A stretch of DNA of 64,000 bases from a virus (lineage: Duplodnaviria; Caudoviricetes). Positions within the stretch are counted from its first letter, which is position 1; every line of letters starts with the position of its first letter. The stretch lies in the IMG/VR virus record IMGVR_UViG_3300029305_003192; one strand, given 5' to 3'. This document shows, in pieces, positions 9,971 to 21,800 of the stretch. A program made the position numbers and the translations under genes. The notes beneath the pieces are model-generated. The model was not told where the DNA came from, did no database searches, and saw only the letters and a program-made list of their open reading frames with translations.

Positions 9971-10022
9971 ATTTTTACTTCCTTTCTTTTTACCCGCTTG
10001 TGTTCTTTGCGGGTTTGTGTAC

Positions 10023-10060
10023 TAATATGATATATACATAGATACCCTGAATTACACGGT
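10023..10060 (-). promoter_or_regulatory. Bipartite early promoter ACCGT-N19-TATATATCATATTA
   Basis: Exact consensus match. Confidence 0.75.
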
Positions 10061-10065
10061 ATCGA

Positions 10066-10078
10066 AACAGCCTTATAA
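10066..10078 (+). promoter_or_regulatory. Late promoter AACA-N6-TAA
   Basis: AACAgccttaTAA; same motif precedes many structural genes and matches the published AR9 late consensus AACA-N6-TA/G. Confidence 0.75.
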
Positions 10079-10110
10079 ATCCAATCTTTTAAAGAAGGAG
10101 ATGAAATATT

Positions 10111-13100
10111 ATGCCAGGCGTTAATTCAGGAGGCAGCACCGGCTGCAATAATGCGTGCTATACCAACTGTGCTGCTCAATGTGGTGCTGGATGTGGTGAT
10201 TCCTGCTCCCAGAGTTGTGGCGGTGCATGTTCACGCACATGCTTCGATACATGTGCATCCATGTGTATTGGTTACTGCAGTGCTAGCTGTACTGGTTCTA
10301 CGACTAAGTATGTTAATACTGCTCTTGACAATGGCAGAGAACACCGAGTAGGTGCTCAGCTATATGATTGGGAGTTTAACGATACCTATGACATAAAATC
10401 GGTCGCTAAGGATAATATGACGCTCATCGAGCAGTTGTATTCTCAGTGTATCAAAAACCAGAAGATTAGATGTGATATATCTCGTCTGTATGGTAAGATG
10501 AGCGACTTCGTTTCAGATATCGACATTAATAACGAATTGGGAGTTGGGTTCTTTTCTTATACTCTTGAAGTCCCAATGCAGAATGTTAGATGTCTTAAGA
10601 AGCTTGCACTTAAGCGAGCTAATCCACGTTTATATACAGTAAACGATACCTGCTCAAAGACAGAAATCTTCGAAAGAAGATTGATGCTCTTTATCGACGG
10701 TAGTTATTACCCAGATGTGAGATTCTTTATTGAATATGACAGATTCATCATGGTCATCGAACCATCAAGAACTCTCACTAATGATAAGATTCGAGCAATG
10801 CGTCTTGGCGACGTAACTTGGAGCTTATTAGTCATGCCATTCTCAACCACTCTGGAATTCATCGGTAATACCCAGATGATAAATGGTAGAGAAGGTGCAA
10901 CGCTTACTAAGCACGGATTATTGATTAACAATATGAAGATGACATCGACTACTAAATTCACAAGTAAGAATATGTGGTTGGCGTCGGTTCGATTTAATAA
11001 TCCGATTACCGATGGCTCCGGAAATCCTCCGGCATACAATTGGCGTTCTTTCTCTTTCATTACCAATATGACCACTGTCAATGGTAAACAATATCTGGTG
11101 ATTCCCGAATCCATTAGAAAGAGATTAAATAGCGAACATGACATATACCTCTCATTAAGTGCTATTCCACATGCTAAGGGAAGCGTACATCTTGATACTG
11201 CAAGAGCATTCCAGATTGAATTAGATAAGAATCCAATTCCGCCAGAGAATGTTATCTGTTGGACAATCAACCAGGATGGTTTGGTTAAGTACGTCCACAA
11301 TGCCGAAGTGACTCTGCATTATCCAAACGTATATGAAATCAACAATGTCCCAGATGAAGCTTCGTTGTTTGTGACCTGGTGTCACTGTGACGAGGCATCT
11401 ACTACTTTCATTAATCCTCTCAAGGAGTATATGGAATACAATACATTGTATGCTTCGGATATTATCAATGACCGTATTCCTGAAGCTATCAAGGCTTATA
11501 TTCCGTATAAACACGTGTACTATGAATGGCACTATGCTGAATATCACCGCAAGGCTACTCGTAGATATGAAGAGCCGCTGCTTTATTCATTCGAAACCCT
11601 TAAGGAGCTTCTTGATGACGACGCAAGACGTCTTGAGGGTCTTTATCTCAGGAATGTTCAGGATACGGCTTATAAGTGGCATAGCAATCCTAAGTATCAC
11701 GTTCATATGAATAAATGGGGTTCAATGGCTGATAGAATCAGACGTACTAATGGTCGCGAAATTCGTCACGGCACATATGTCGACTTTGGAATGGATTGTG
11801 TTTATTTCGTAATCGAACATGAAGACGACCGTTCTTACCCAATATGCGTCACTATTGATGGTATCAGATGCATGAATCACTTCCAATATACTGAAGGATT
11901 CCGTACATTCGTATATGTGCCCGCTGCGTTCGTAACTCCTGATTCATTTATCGAATTTGAAGTTATGAAAGTTCGTAGTAACCTCATCAATGGTATAGAT
12001 GTTAAGATGCCGGCTATCCACTTCTCTATGGAGCTTCCTGAGAACTTCCCAGATATATCTCCACAGAATTTCATGATTGCTATTCGTGAAGAAAAGCCGG
12101 ATACTGAAAGTAATGGTGGTATGAAGTACTACTATAGAGTAGCACCTAACTATGAGATGTATTGGCTGATTTTCGGTACTACCAAATATATCAACGGCAT
12201 TCCCGAGGATTATACTACCGAGTATCCCGTAGAGGAAGGAAAGTATACCAATATCCTAACATCATCTGATTCTACTCTCCTCGATGACAGGGGAAATGCA
12301 CTCAAGTTGTCAGATGGTAACTTCTGGTATGGCGGTGATTACCACTATCTGCTCGAATACTGTAAAGGTTGTAAAGGACGCCCTGATTGCAATAGGTTAT
12401 GTTGCGATAAATTCTGCGCCGGCTTATGCGACAATACATGTGGCTGTGAGCATATTCACGAATGCGGCGACTATATCAGTATTATCGAAACTCCTAATAA
12501 GACTGAGGGTCTTCTCGACGAAAATGGTGATCCTATATACCAGGACGTATATCAGGTTCGTGACCTCGGATACTACGCAGATGCAAGAAGACGATTCTAT
12601 CAGTATATGCAGAATGATAAGTATATTATCACCGACGATAGAAATGATTTCGATGACAATCATATCCCAGATCACGAAAAAATGAAGATTAAAGATGGCG
12701 TGCTTTGTAGTGAAGATTGCCAGGTACCTAATCGTGTTAGGGAAAGAATTGACCCGGTGTATATCACACCTATTACAAGCTACTTTGCTCTTAAGAACGT
12801 CCGTATGGTAGCTACTGATATCTACAGAAAGTGGACATTCGTGATTGGTAGAAATGCTAAGGGAGAATTCGACCCGACCTTTAATAAGGTAACCATCGAC
12901 GATTTCTATCTCGAGCCTTCACCAAATAAACTCCGTGTATATATGGATGGTAGACTTCTTGACCCATATACAGATTACGTCATGGACGCTTCTATCAAGA
13001 ACGGCTTCTATCTTGGAAGCTCGGTCAATATCTATATCAAGAAGAAGTTTGTAGCATTTGCTGATATTATGGTAGAATTCCTGCCATATAGATACAATAT

Positions 13101-14331
13101 GCTCTACAGACTTGAGGACGTATCTCTCACAAACTTACAGCTCAGAGAAGCTGTAATTACTAGACCATTCAGTATGGTATATTACGACGTCTATGTAAAT
13201 GGTGAGAAACTTGCCCCAGAGGACGTTACTGTAGTAACACCTTCTAAGATTATAATCAATAAGGAACTTCATAACGATATCGTATCTTTCTACGAAAGAT
13301 GTCATGACCAGGATATCTATGAAAATGACAGATATATGAAACAGGCACTCGTCGATGCGATTGCTACTGAAATAACAGGATTCCGCGAATATCTGCTTCC
13401 AGAATTCGCTAAGGCTGATATCGTAGATAATATCTATGCACCAGCGGGATGTTCCGGTACATGCACTACTGCTTGTACTACTTCCTGTACCATCATGTGT
13501 GGTTCATCATGTGACACATTCTGCGGTAAGGGATGTACTGGTTCCTGTGAGAATACATGCTTCAATGAAGCTGGAACCACTGCTTGTGGTGGATGTGCCG
13601 TAGGATGTTCGGCTGTTTGTTACGGCTGTGCTGGTACATGTATAGGTATGGCAAGTGCTAGACCAAACGCATGTAAGGACTGTACTACTCAATGTGGTAG
13701 TAGCTGTATCGGTACTTGCATAGGCACATCCGGTGGAGTTACTACATGTGAAGGATGTGCTGGTAATTGTGCCGGAACATGCTATCAGTCATGTAGTGGT
13801 ACATCATCAGCAAATGGATGTTATGGTTGCGGCACAACATGCATGTATGAATGCTCCAACTGTACCGGTACTTGTACTGGTTCAGCAGAAGGACTTATAT
13901 CAGTACCGGAAGCATGTAATGGATGCTCATCTTCATGCGGTACTGCATGTAGTGATAACTGTACCGGTACGTGCTTCAGCGGATGTAGCCAATCTTGTGC
14001 TGGATGCTCTGGTTCATGTGACAATACATGTGAAAACCATTGTACTGGAACATGTGAGAATGGATGTCTCTCAGATTGCTCAGGCTCATGCTCCAATACA
14101 TCTGCCCGTGATACATCAGTCACATCTTGCTCCGGTTGCTATGCGTCTTGCCTTGGAAACTGTATGACAACGAACGCGTCTTCTACTGAATGTAGTGGAT
14201 GTGGACACCTTTGCACCAATGCTTGTATTGGTAGATGTACAGGCTCTTGCGACAGCTTATGTCGTGGCACATGCTCGACATCTTGCGTATCTTCGGATAA
14301 TGTAAGAACTATGGCGGCCCAATTCTATTAA
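10111..14331 (+). CDS. Large late/virion protein (1406 aa) with terminal CxxxC repeat arrays
   Basis: 13 Cys at 4-residue spacing at the N-terminus, ~61 Cys in the last ~290 aa, central Cys cluster; late promoter and SD. Confidence 0.8.
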   Translation: MPGVNSGGSTGCNNACYTNCAAQCGAGCGDSCSQSCGGACSRTCFDTCASMCIGYCSASCTGSTTKYVNTALDNGREHRVGAQLYDWEFNDTYDIKSVAKDNMTLIEQLYSQCIKNQKIRCDISRLYGKMSDFVSDIDINNELGVGFFSYTLEVPMQNVRCLKKLALKRANPRLYTVNDTCSKTEIFERRLMLFIDGSYYPDVRFFIEYDRFIMVIEPSRTLTNDKIRAMRLGDVTWSLLVMPFSTTLEFIGNTQMINGREGATLTKHGLLINNMKMTSTTKFTSKNMWLASVRFNNPITDGSGNPPAYNWRSFSFITNMTTVNGKQYLVIPESIRKRLNSEHDIYLSLSAIPHAKGSVHLDTARAFQIELDKNPIPPENVICWTINQDGLVKYVHNAEVTLHYPNVYEINNVPDEASLFVTWCHCDEASTTFINPLKEYMEYNTLYASDIINDRIPEAIKAYIPYKHVYYEWHYAEYHRKATRRYEEPLLYSFETLKELLDDDARRLEGLYLRNVQDTAYKWHSNPKYHVHMNKWGSMADRIRRTNGREIRHGTYVDFGMDCVYFVIEHEDDRSYPICVTIDGIRCMNHFQYTEGFRTFVYVPAAFVTPDSFIEFEVMKVRSNLINGIDVKMPAIHFSMELPENFPDISPQNFMIAIREEKPDTESNGGMKYYYRVAPNYEMYWLIFGTTKYINGIPEDYTTEYPVEEGKYTNILTSSDSTLLDDRGNALKLSDGNFWYGGDYHYLLEYCKGCKGRPDCNRLCCDKFCAGLCDNTCGCEHIHECGDYISIIETPNKTEGLLDENGDPIYQDVYQVRDLGYYADARRRFYQYMQNDKYIITDDRNDFDDNHIPDHEKMKIKDGVLCSEDCQVPNRVRERIDPVYITPITSYFALKNVRMVATDIYRKWTFVIGRNAKGEFDPTFNKVTIDDFYLEPSPNKLRVYMDGRLLDPYTDYVMDASIKNGFYLGSSVNIYIKKKFVAFADIMVEFLPYRYNMLYRLEDVSLTNLQLREAVITRPFSMVYYDVYVNGEKLAPEDVTVVTPSKIIINKELHNDIVSFYERCHDQDIYENDRYMKQALVDAIATEITGFREYLLPEFAKADIVDNIYAPAGCSGTCTTACTTSCTIMCGSSCDTFCGKGCTGSCENTCFNEAGTTACGGCAVGCSAVCYGCAGTCIGMASARPNACKDCTTQCGSSCIGTCIGTSGGVTTCEGCAGNCAGTCYQSCSGTSSANGCYGCGTTCMYECSNCTGTCTGSAEGLISVPEACNGCSSSCGTACSDNCTGTCFSGCSQSCAGCSGSCDNTCENHCTGTCENGCLSDCSGSCSNTSARDTSVTSCSGCYASCLGNCMTTNASSTECSGCGHLCTNACIGRCTGSCDSLCRGTCSTSCVSSDNVRTMAAQFY

Positions 14332-14354
14332 TCCTTTCATATAAAATCAACGGA

Positions 14355-14391
14355 AATAACCCCCAATACCATTATGGTATTGGGGGTTATT
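14355..14391. terminator. Hairpin terminator between convergent genes
   Basis: AATAACCCCCAATACCA/TGGTATTGGGGGTTATT. Confidence 0.7.
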
Positions 14392-14412
14392 CCTTCTTGA
14401 AAGGAGTATTTC

Positions 14413-15474
14413 TTATGAGAACGAAAATTCGGAGAATTCTTCAACTGGTTCGATAGACTGGAGGGAAGCTGGTGAGAGTCCCTGTGCGTCTTCTCGACGG
14501 ATTTCTTCAGAAGCACGTGCATCGTCCTTGATGATATTTCCTTCAATAAAGCCGGAAAGCTTTTCGAGAACAGCGTATGCTTTCCTCTGCTTTTCGAGAG
14601 CAGAAACATTCTGCTCATACGGCATTGTTTCATCGAGATACTGCTGCATTGAACGTGCCTTAGTATCAATCTTTACAGCTGTACGGTAATAGATTGTAAT
14701 AAGACCACGGATAGCACCAACTACCGCAATGAATCCTGTAATTGAAACAGCTGCAATGATAGCAGCTGTAGAAAGAGCTGTTGCAATACCAATAACAGAT
14801 TCGCGAGCAACTGTAGTGGTCGTCTTGAACTTATTGATATTTGTGGTACGGAACGCGCGAATCATCTTAGACCATTCACCGTTACCGAATACATTATTGA
14901 GGCTACGAACGCTCTTCATGAGAGTCTTCGCAGAATGAGCGGGCTTAATTGTCTTAATCATGCCAACACCCTTGGGTCCGAGAACTTCATTTTCAGCCTC
15001 GATAAGTGCGAGCATTGCGACATCCACGAGAGCCAGACATGCAGACTGATATGTGAGAACGATAAAGCTGTTATTAGTCTTATAGCCATACTCGAAGTCT
15101 GGTCTGAGTTCTACGAGATGTCGGTAAAGTTCGTCAGCACAACGAACTGTTTCATTATTCGGAGCAAATGATTTACCAAGGTCAATAGCCGATGCAATGT
15201 ACTGATGTACATTCCACTTCATAATATTACCCTTAGTATTAGGAATAGTACCAAAGTCCACTCCTTCAGCACGCGCTTCTACTCTCTTAATAAGATAAGA
15301 GGCGTACTTACTTGTATATGTATCCTTACGATTGCCAGAGATTCTGTCAATCGCTTCTGTAGCAGCAGTCATATCTTCAGCGATGAACTGCTTAAGCTCC
15401 ATCATTTCACGACCCTTGAGAGAATCGAGAGAAGTCTGTACTGCTTCAGTAGCACTACCAAAATTAAAGTACAT
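14413..15474 (-). CDS. Putative virion head protein with a hydrophobic segment, 353 aa
   Basis: Late operon; ATE/ARE motifs of the jumbo-phage prohead-protease type; long hydrophobic helix. Confidence 0.6.
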   Translation of the reverse strand: MYFNFGSATEAVQTSLDSLKGREMMELKQFIAEDMTAATEAIDRISGNRKDTYTSKYASYLIKRVEARAEGVDFGTIPNTKGNIMKWNVHQYIASAIDLGKSFAPNNETVRCADELYRHLVELRPDFEYGYKTNNSFIVLTYQSACLALVDVAMLALIEAENEVLGPKGVGMIKTIKPAHSAKTLMKSVRSLNNVFGNGEWSKMIRAFRTTNINKFKTTTTVARESVIGIATALSTAAIIAAVSITGFIAVVGAIRGLITIYYRTAVKIDTKARSMQQYLDETMPYEQNVSALEKQRKAYAVLEKLSGFIEGNIIKDDARASEEIRREDAQGLSPASLQSIEPVEEFSEFSFS

Positions 15475-15489
15475 AGCAATTCACCTCCA

Positions 15490-16965
15490 TTAATATCCAT
15501 ATCTACCCTGAGTAGCACCCATAATCTTCATGGCTGCACTCATGGAGTTTTCATCAATGTCCTTAGCGGCTGTGCCCTTCATGGCATTGATAGTTGTTGT
15601 GGCATAATTATCCCAGGAGTCAAGCATTGTAGATACAATACCTGCATCTACATCGACAATCTGAACGCCGAGAAGATAAAGGGCATCCATAAGTCTTCTT
15701 GCCATTGCTGGGTCAGTAAGGTCATAACCAGCGGCTTCTTTCACACGATTAACTGTATTCATGGAAATACAGATGGTTGTGAATGGGTTTACTGTCTGAT
15801 CACCAAACTTGAATGTTCTTGCACTGTTCTTACGGCGTCTCATAGCACCGAAGTAACCTGCGAATCTATCCTTTGTAATAGCATCCGATTTAATCTGAGA
15901 GATATTGAAAATCAAATCTCTTACGATCTTAGTCTCACCACGTGTCCACTTAACGAACTGGAATGCAGCATGGTTGCCCTGGAGAGCCGCAATGATATTG
16001 GCAGCCATAGCATCTGCTCTGATGATGGATGGCATACACTTTACACCGATAAGTGCCTTCTGTACCTTACCACCGCCCTGTGGATCTCTTACGAAGAACT
16101 CAACGGTCATGAGTGTAGGTTCAAGGGATGACATCTTATCGCTCTTAACAATAGCGGCATTACCGAGGGATTTACGACTGTCAGAAGCAAGCTGGTCAGT
16201 TGTACGACCCATGAATACATCTGCTTTATATCCGTTAGCATTTGCATCATTATACTTCTCACGGAAGGTTCTCTTTGTCTCGAAGTCGTTAGCCGCTTCG
16301 AGAGCCGCAGCGGTCTTATGAATCTTATTAACCATCTGCTCGGTAGGATTATAAAGACCATTGACGGATTCCATAGAGATATAATCTTCGACCTGGTCCC
16401 ACATATGGTCAATATCATTCTTAGAAACCATATTAGGAACTGTCTTCATACCAAGAACTTCTACTTCATCGGACTCGTTCCAAAGAGCAGAATCTCTTGC
16501 AGGAGTTACCATTTCGTTAGTTGATGCTGGGAGATGACCACGGGACGGTGAGTCATATGTACCGCGGTAAGCGTTAATATTTCTTGTAAGGTTACCCGCA
16601 TAAGAAATCATATCAGGTGTTTCTTCATTGAGATGATACTTACGAACGAAGTCACGTACACCACCGTTGGATGTAGGATCTACACCGAAAGCTGTGTCTG
16701 CAGACCAAAGAGCAAGCTGGAGTGCAGCATATGTCTTTTCGTTAGCCTTAACGAGAACCACCTGTGTATCATATGGGATATCACTATCAAGATAAACTGG
16801 ATACTGCATAATGAGGTCCTTAGTGAGAGCACTAAGGCTGTTTTTTCTATTCATACCCTGTACTGTACGTGCAGCGGTAAGAACTGGCTTAGCTGTATTG
16901 GCGAGTTTATCGGTACCAATATTAAAATTGATATTGTTGATACCGCCAACTGAGTTCTCTGCCAT
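15490..16965 (-). CDS. Putative virion structural protein, ~490 aa
   Basis: Late promoter AACA-N6-TAA at 17026-17038 (-); SME/ALE motifs in a central linker. Confidence 0.6.
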   Translation of the reverse strand: MAENSVGGINNINFNIGTDKLANTAKPVLTAARTVQGMNRKNSLSALTKDLIMQYPVYLDSDIPYDTQVVLVKANEKTYAALQLALWSADTAFGVDPTSNGGVRDFVRKYHLNEETPDMISYAGNLTRNINAYRGTYDSPSRGHLPASTNEMVTPARDSALWNESDEVEVLGMKTVPNMVSKNDIDHMWDQVEDYISMESVNGLYNPTEQMVNKIHKTAAALEAANDFETKRTFREKYNDANANGYKADVFMGRTTDQLASDSRKSLGNAAIVKSDKMSSLEPTLMTVEFFVRDPQGGGKVQKALIGVKCMPSIIRADAMAANIIAALQGNHAAFQFVKWTRGETKIVRDLIFNISQIKSDAITKDRFAGYFGAMRRRKNSARTFKFGDQTVNPFTTICISMNTVNRVKEAAGYDLTDPAMARRLMDALYLLGVQIVDVDAGIVSTMLDSWDNYATTTINAMKGTAAKDIDENSMSAAMKIMGATQGRYGY

Positions 16966-17110
16966 GTTTATCATATCCTTTCATTAGAGAATGGTATATG
17001 CTCGGCTACCACCGAGCATACTACTTTAAAGTCCTGTTCCGGCACCATTCTCTCAACAAGAAAAAATAATACCCTATGCCCATTCGGACATAGGGTATCT
17101 TTAACAGCAT

Positions 17111-17590
17111 TTATCTAGCCATCAATGCTTTCTTAAACGCTGGATTTCTTTCTGCATAAACACTGATAGGCATACAGCTATCTACATCAAGAACGTCTGG
17201 CTGATTATACTTGTTAATTTCTTTAACGAGCTTGTCAAGTTCAGCATTATGACGTCTCTTCTTTGTGCCCTTCTTAGGCTTTCTACCCTTAAGGTCGAAT
17301 GCCTTGATAGCAGTCTGAGCAACACTCTTCTGGTATTCAGCATGAGCTTCTGGATTTTCAGCTCTTACTTCTTCTGGAGCAAGTGCCATTTCCATTGTTG
17401 TTGCTGGAGCCTTATTTGCCTTATGCTCCTTAACCTTCTTAATGAGCTTCTTGATGAGCTTAATAGCAGTAATTGTACCGCCGATAAGTGAAAGAGCTCC
17501 GAAAACAATCTTAAGTGGTCCTGCGGTGATGAAGAAGTTCTTAACAGCACCGAGGAGACCGAGAAGAATTGATTTAATTGCCATGGTCAT
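17111..17590 (-). CDS. Lys-rich early protein with N-terminal membrane segment
   Basis: AAAGGAG SD; early core TATATATAAT at 17644-17653; hairpin terminator at 17069-17098. Confidence 0.7.
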   Translation of the reverse strand: MTMAIKSILLGLLGAVKNFFITAGPLKIVFGALSLIGGTITAIKLIKKLIKKVKEHKANKAPATTMEMALAPEEVRAENPEAHAEYQKSVAQTAIKAFDLKGRKPKKGTKKRRHNAELDKLVKEINKYNQPDVLDVDSCMPISVYAERNPAFKKALMAR

Positions 17591-17738
17591 TTCTCTCCTT
17601 TCCATTAACGCTTTGGAGAGACTATCCGTTTAATCACATCGCTATTATATATACTCGATTTGGCGGACCCTATTTTTCATGGGTCCGAAACACATCTGTA
17701 ATCATCCATACAAATAATGAAATGAGGTGATATAAATA

Positions 17739-18806
17739 ATGGTAAAATCTAACGAAGGTTCATTAACTAGAAACGGCGGTAGTGCGAGTGTTACTGAAGA
17801 AGCTCTATTTCCCGTACTTGATAAAGGTCTTGTATCTGTAGAAATGCCAGGTTCAAATAACCCTGACTACAATTTACAAGTAGACAGAGGTGTCGCAGAT
17901 TCTATGACAGATATTCCTGGTGTGGACCCATTCACAATGAAATCGTTTAACCGTTACTATAAAATATTCCCGGATGATGAGGCAACTGCAGTACTCAACT
18001 ATATCTTCATAGTGAGACCTGACCTCAATATGGATTATTGCGTAGCTCATGATTCATATTATAAGAATCTAGCAATGCAGTGCCCTAGAGTCATCATGAG
18101 TCTCACTCAATCATATAGTGGACCAAACGGTCTCGGAGCACATATGCCAGACCATCATTTTATCCCATGGCTCGTACCGCGTACTGTAAATGACCAGCTC
18201 CCAGATATATCTCTGAAAACGTACGATTATGAGCAACCATTTACAAACTTTCATAGTACGTATGCGGGCAATGCCAATGATTCTCGTTCTGGTGCTCAAA
18301 TGACACTGACATTTAGAGAGACTAAGAAGATGGAAGTAACGAAATTCTTTGATGGATGGGTCAGATACATCGACGGTGTGAATCTGGGTTCATATAGTCC
18401 TAAGAGAGAATATTGCCAGTCTAAGATACTTAACGGTGGTATAATTCTCGATTATGCTACATCAGTATATCAAATAGGCGTATTGCCATCTGGCTCGGAA
18501 ATCGTCTTCATACATAAGACCACGGGTCTTTTCCCAACTGAAGTGCCAATCAGTTCATGGGCTCATGAAGGTAGACCAACCGAAAATCAGCAAATAAGTA
18601 TTACATTTGCTGGTGGTTTTCCCGAGGCATTTGACCCGTCTATATTCGCAGACTTCAACTATAACGCCGGAATGAAAGGCGTCACGGCAGCATATGCCGA
18701 AACTGCCGGATTTAATAGACCGGTTGTAGGAACTCCATTCATTACATACAGTGGTAAAACTGAACGTTATTACCTCAGATGGGGTAGAATGAGTTACTCA
18801 TATTGA
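17739..18806 (+). CDS. Tail tube-like/baseplate tube-initiator protein (T4 gp19/gp48/gp54 fold suspected)
   Basis: LTFRET...FFDGW...GLFPT...ISITF pattern; late promoter at 17689-17701; upstream of the gp6-like gene. Confidence 0.55.
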   Translation: MVKSNEGSLTRNGGSASVTEEALFPVLDKGLVSVEMPGSNNPDYNLQVDRGVADSMTDIPGVDPFTMKSFNRYYKIFPDDEATAVLNYIFIVRPDLNMDYCVAHDSYYKNLAMQCPRVIMSLTQSYSGPNGLGAHMPDHHFIPWLVPRTVNDQLPDISLKTYDYEQPFTNFHSTYAGNANDSRSGAQMTLTFRETKKMEVTKFFDGWVRYIDGVNLGSYSPKREYCQSKILNGGIILDYATSVYQIGVLPSGSEIVFIHKTTGLFPTEVPISSWAHEGRPTENQQISITFAGGFPEAFDPSIFADFNYNAGMKGVTAAYAETAGFNRPVVGTPFITYSGKTERYYLRWGRMSYSY

Positions 18807-18825
18807 ATAGAAAGGAGTGAGCATT

Positions 18826-21800
18826 ATGAGTTATAAAGACTATACCAATCCGGCAGTCGCCATGAATGATTGGTTTGAAAATATTGCTCCAAAATACTTT
18901 AACTTTAACGTCGCAGAGCTCCATAGAACCGGTATATTCGGGTATACCAATGAAGTAATGTCGACGGTTGAAAATGATACAGCTCACGCTGTATCTATAG
19001 CCCGCCGTGAGTTTTATCCAACAACGGCTCAGTATACCAAGTCTCTTTATAAGATGGCTGCACTTCAGCAGATTTCATATCCTTTTGCACATGCTGCTCA
19101 AGCAACTGCTATATTACTAATACAGGAATCCGATATCATCAGTTGTGGAGAATATAATGGGCAGAGATATAGATTCGTACTTGATAATACCATGCTAATC
19201 GATGCCGGGGGAATACCTTTCCGCATGGACTACCCACTCGTAATTATTGCTAAGAAAAGAAATGTCGGGGATACTATATTATCAAATCCTCAAGAAGCTG
19301 CTACGGGTACTAAGGCTAAATATGCTTACACTGTAAGATATGATACATCTCGATCGAATGATATATCCAGACTTAATAACTATTATATCACATATCGTAC
19401 GGTAACTTACAATAACACACCTTACTTATTGGTAAAAGTAAGTTTACATCAGTGCACGGAGATTATTATGACTGACATGATCAATAAATCTCCAGTCATC
19501 AATAATATCGAGATGGACTTTCCGTTTGATGGTAAGATATGTAACTTCGAAGTATTTTATTCGGACTCTGAAGGTACCGCAGTAACGCAGCTCACAAAAT
19601 TACCCCTCAATTCAAACCCAATCAATGGTAATTTCTGCATGTATAGCATGGTCGATCCACAGACTCTTAGAATCACATTCCCAGAAAATCAGTACTTCAC
19701 TCCAAAGTTTAACTCGAGTCTCACAGTTAAAATCTATACCACAATGGGTTCCGAGGGTAATTTCGCATCATACTCAGGATCACTGTTATGTACTCCAAGC
19801 AGTGAAGATTATCCGTATAACAATACATGTGTTATATCTGGTCAATTACAGGGAAGCTCACTCGGTGGAGTGGATTTTCCATCACAGGAAGATTTCAGAA
19901 ATGATGTAATCACCGCTTATGCTACCAATAAGACAATCACTACCGAGAACGATTTACAGATGTACTTTGACTCAGTAATGACAGATACCAGAAATAAGGT
20001 TGTATTCCAAAAGAAACGCGATGATGTATTCGAGCGTTTATATGCAGCATATATGATTTTGAAAGATCTTAACGGCAATATCGTTCCTGCAAATACACTG
20101 AACCTTGACCTTGAGGAATCGCAGCTTGATGTCGTGATAGAGTCATTTGGTAAATCAGTGGTTAAACCGGGCCATGTCCTCCGATATCAGAAAGAGGGTC
20201 ACTATTATCATTCATATTATGACTTATATAAGACGGATGCTAACCTCAATACAGATATCAATGATAACGTCGATGATTTCTCATATACAAACATATTCCT
20301 CATGCAGATTATGAAGTCTCCAAATATGGTAGGTTTCTATCTTAATACGGTTAATGAAACTATCGATATCACACCGGTAAGAGACAGATCCGCCGAGGAT
20401 ACCAATAATGATATATCGTATTTACAGTTTAATGTCAGTGCTGTAAATATCATGAGAAATGCTATCCGTGGTGAGAACTTTTATAAACTTACCGTCAGTA
20501 TGCAGCCATCCATCGTAAGCTCAGGATTCGAGGAAATGGCATTTATATCCGCCGAGGATTTGAGAGATGGTGAAGTAGACACATTCCCTCTGGAAATTTG
20601 TGCAGATTACGGTGGTATAGTTGAGGGCTTTGAATGGCATGACAGTGACGGACCTAATACAGGTGGATCCGTATACATGGTGATTAGATATAAGCCCGAT
20701 ATCCCCGGTGTCACACGGCAGACTATAACTAAATATGTCGAAGAGGATTGGATGCCTAACGATAAGGACAACCCAGACGATCTCAGGGTATGGATTCGCG
20801 TAAATTCGCCTGTTTACTATACCGAAAATCCTAATGGTCAGCGTATTTTTGATACTCCTACATGGTATTCGACCGAGCTTCAGGCGGGTGATAAGTTTAC
20901 CGCCGGTTCCATTATTGCCACACGAAAGCCCAAAGATACCGGCGTCCTTAGAGTAGTAGCTGAGTTTAAGACTGAAATCGGACTTTACGTCCCATTGTCA
21001 TTGGATAGTTATGATCCGGATACGGATTCTTATACATTTGCCGCATATCTGGCTACTGAGGACTACATCAACGAGGATGGTAGGTTAGTCATCAATGGAA
21101 GTTTTTGCAATATGCTTGGTGACTATCGCTCCGCCGTTGCGATAGACCCTACCGATTGTGATATTTACATATCGACATTCCTGCAATATGACGATTTTAA
21201 CTTCGAGCACAAGTTTATGAACTATGCATACTTGAAAAATCACACCCTCACTAACATATTCGAATCTACTGGTAATAAACTCAATTTCTTATTACCGATG
21301 AAATTCATCCGTTCCACGGTTTCATTCTTCGACATGATTAGACCGGATCCCAAAGGTAATATTAAAGTAATTATGTCTGGATCCGGCAGCATGTTTATCA
21401 AGACATATCAAAATGGTATATCACTAAATTATGGTGTAGCCTATGTTATGACCGATGATTATGGAGAAGATGACATTTACTATCTATACCGTGGGCCGTT
21501 ACCACCTAACGTAAATAGTGATTTATGTTGCAATCATCCGGATTGTGATGCATATGTCAAACGCATGAATCTTTTACCTGGTATATATACTGACGCAAGC
21601 GGTAAGCATATATTTATCGAACCGTCGGAAGAGGATAGATTCGATTATAATATAAAGGATAATGAGGGAAAGGCGAGAAATACCCCCGCATGTAGAATAT
21701 CTAGCATCCCTCTTATACGATCTAACTGGTTGCGAAATTCCGGCAACGTGTTCGATTTAGTACAGATAATCAGACGTAATTATGATTATTTGCTACAAAT

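Noticed and set aside
13450-14286. CRISPR array or DNA tandem repeat in the TGT/TGC-rich stretch
   Set aside because: The periodicity is at the protein level (Cys codons every 12 nt); there are no identical repeats with spacers anywhere in the window
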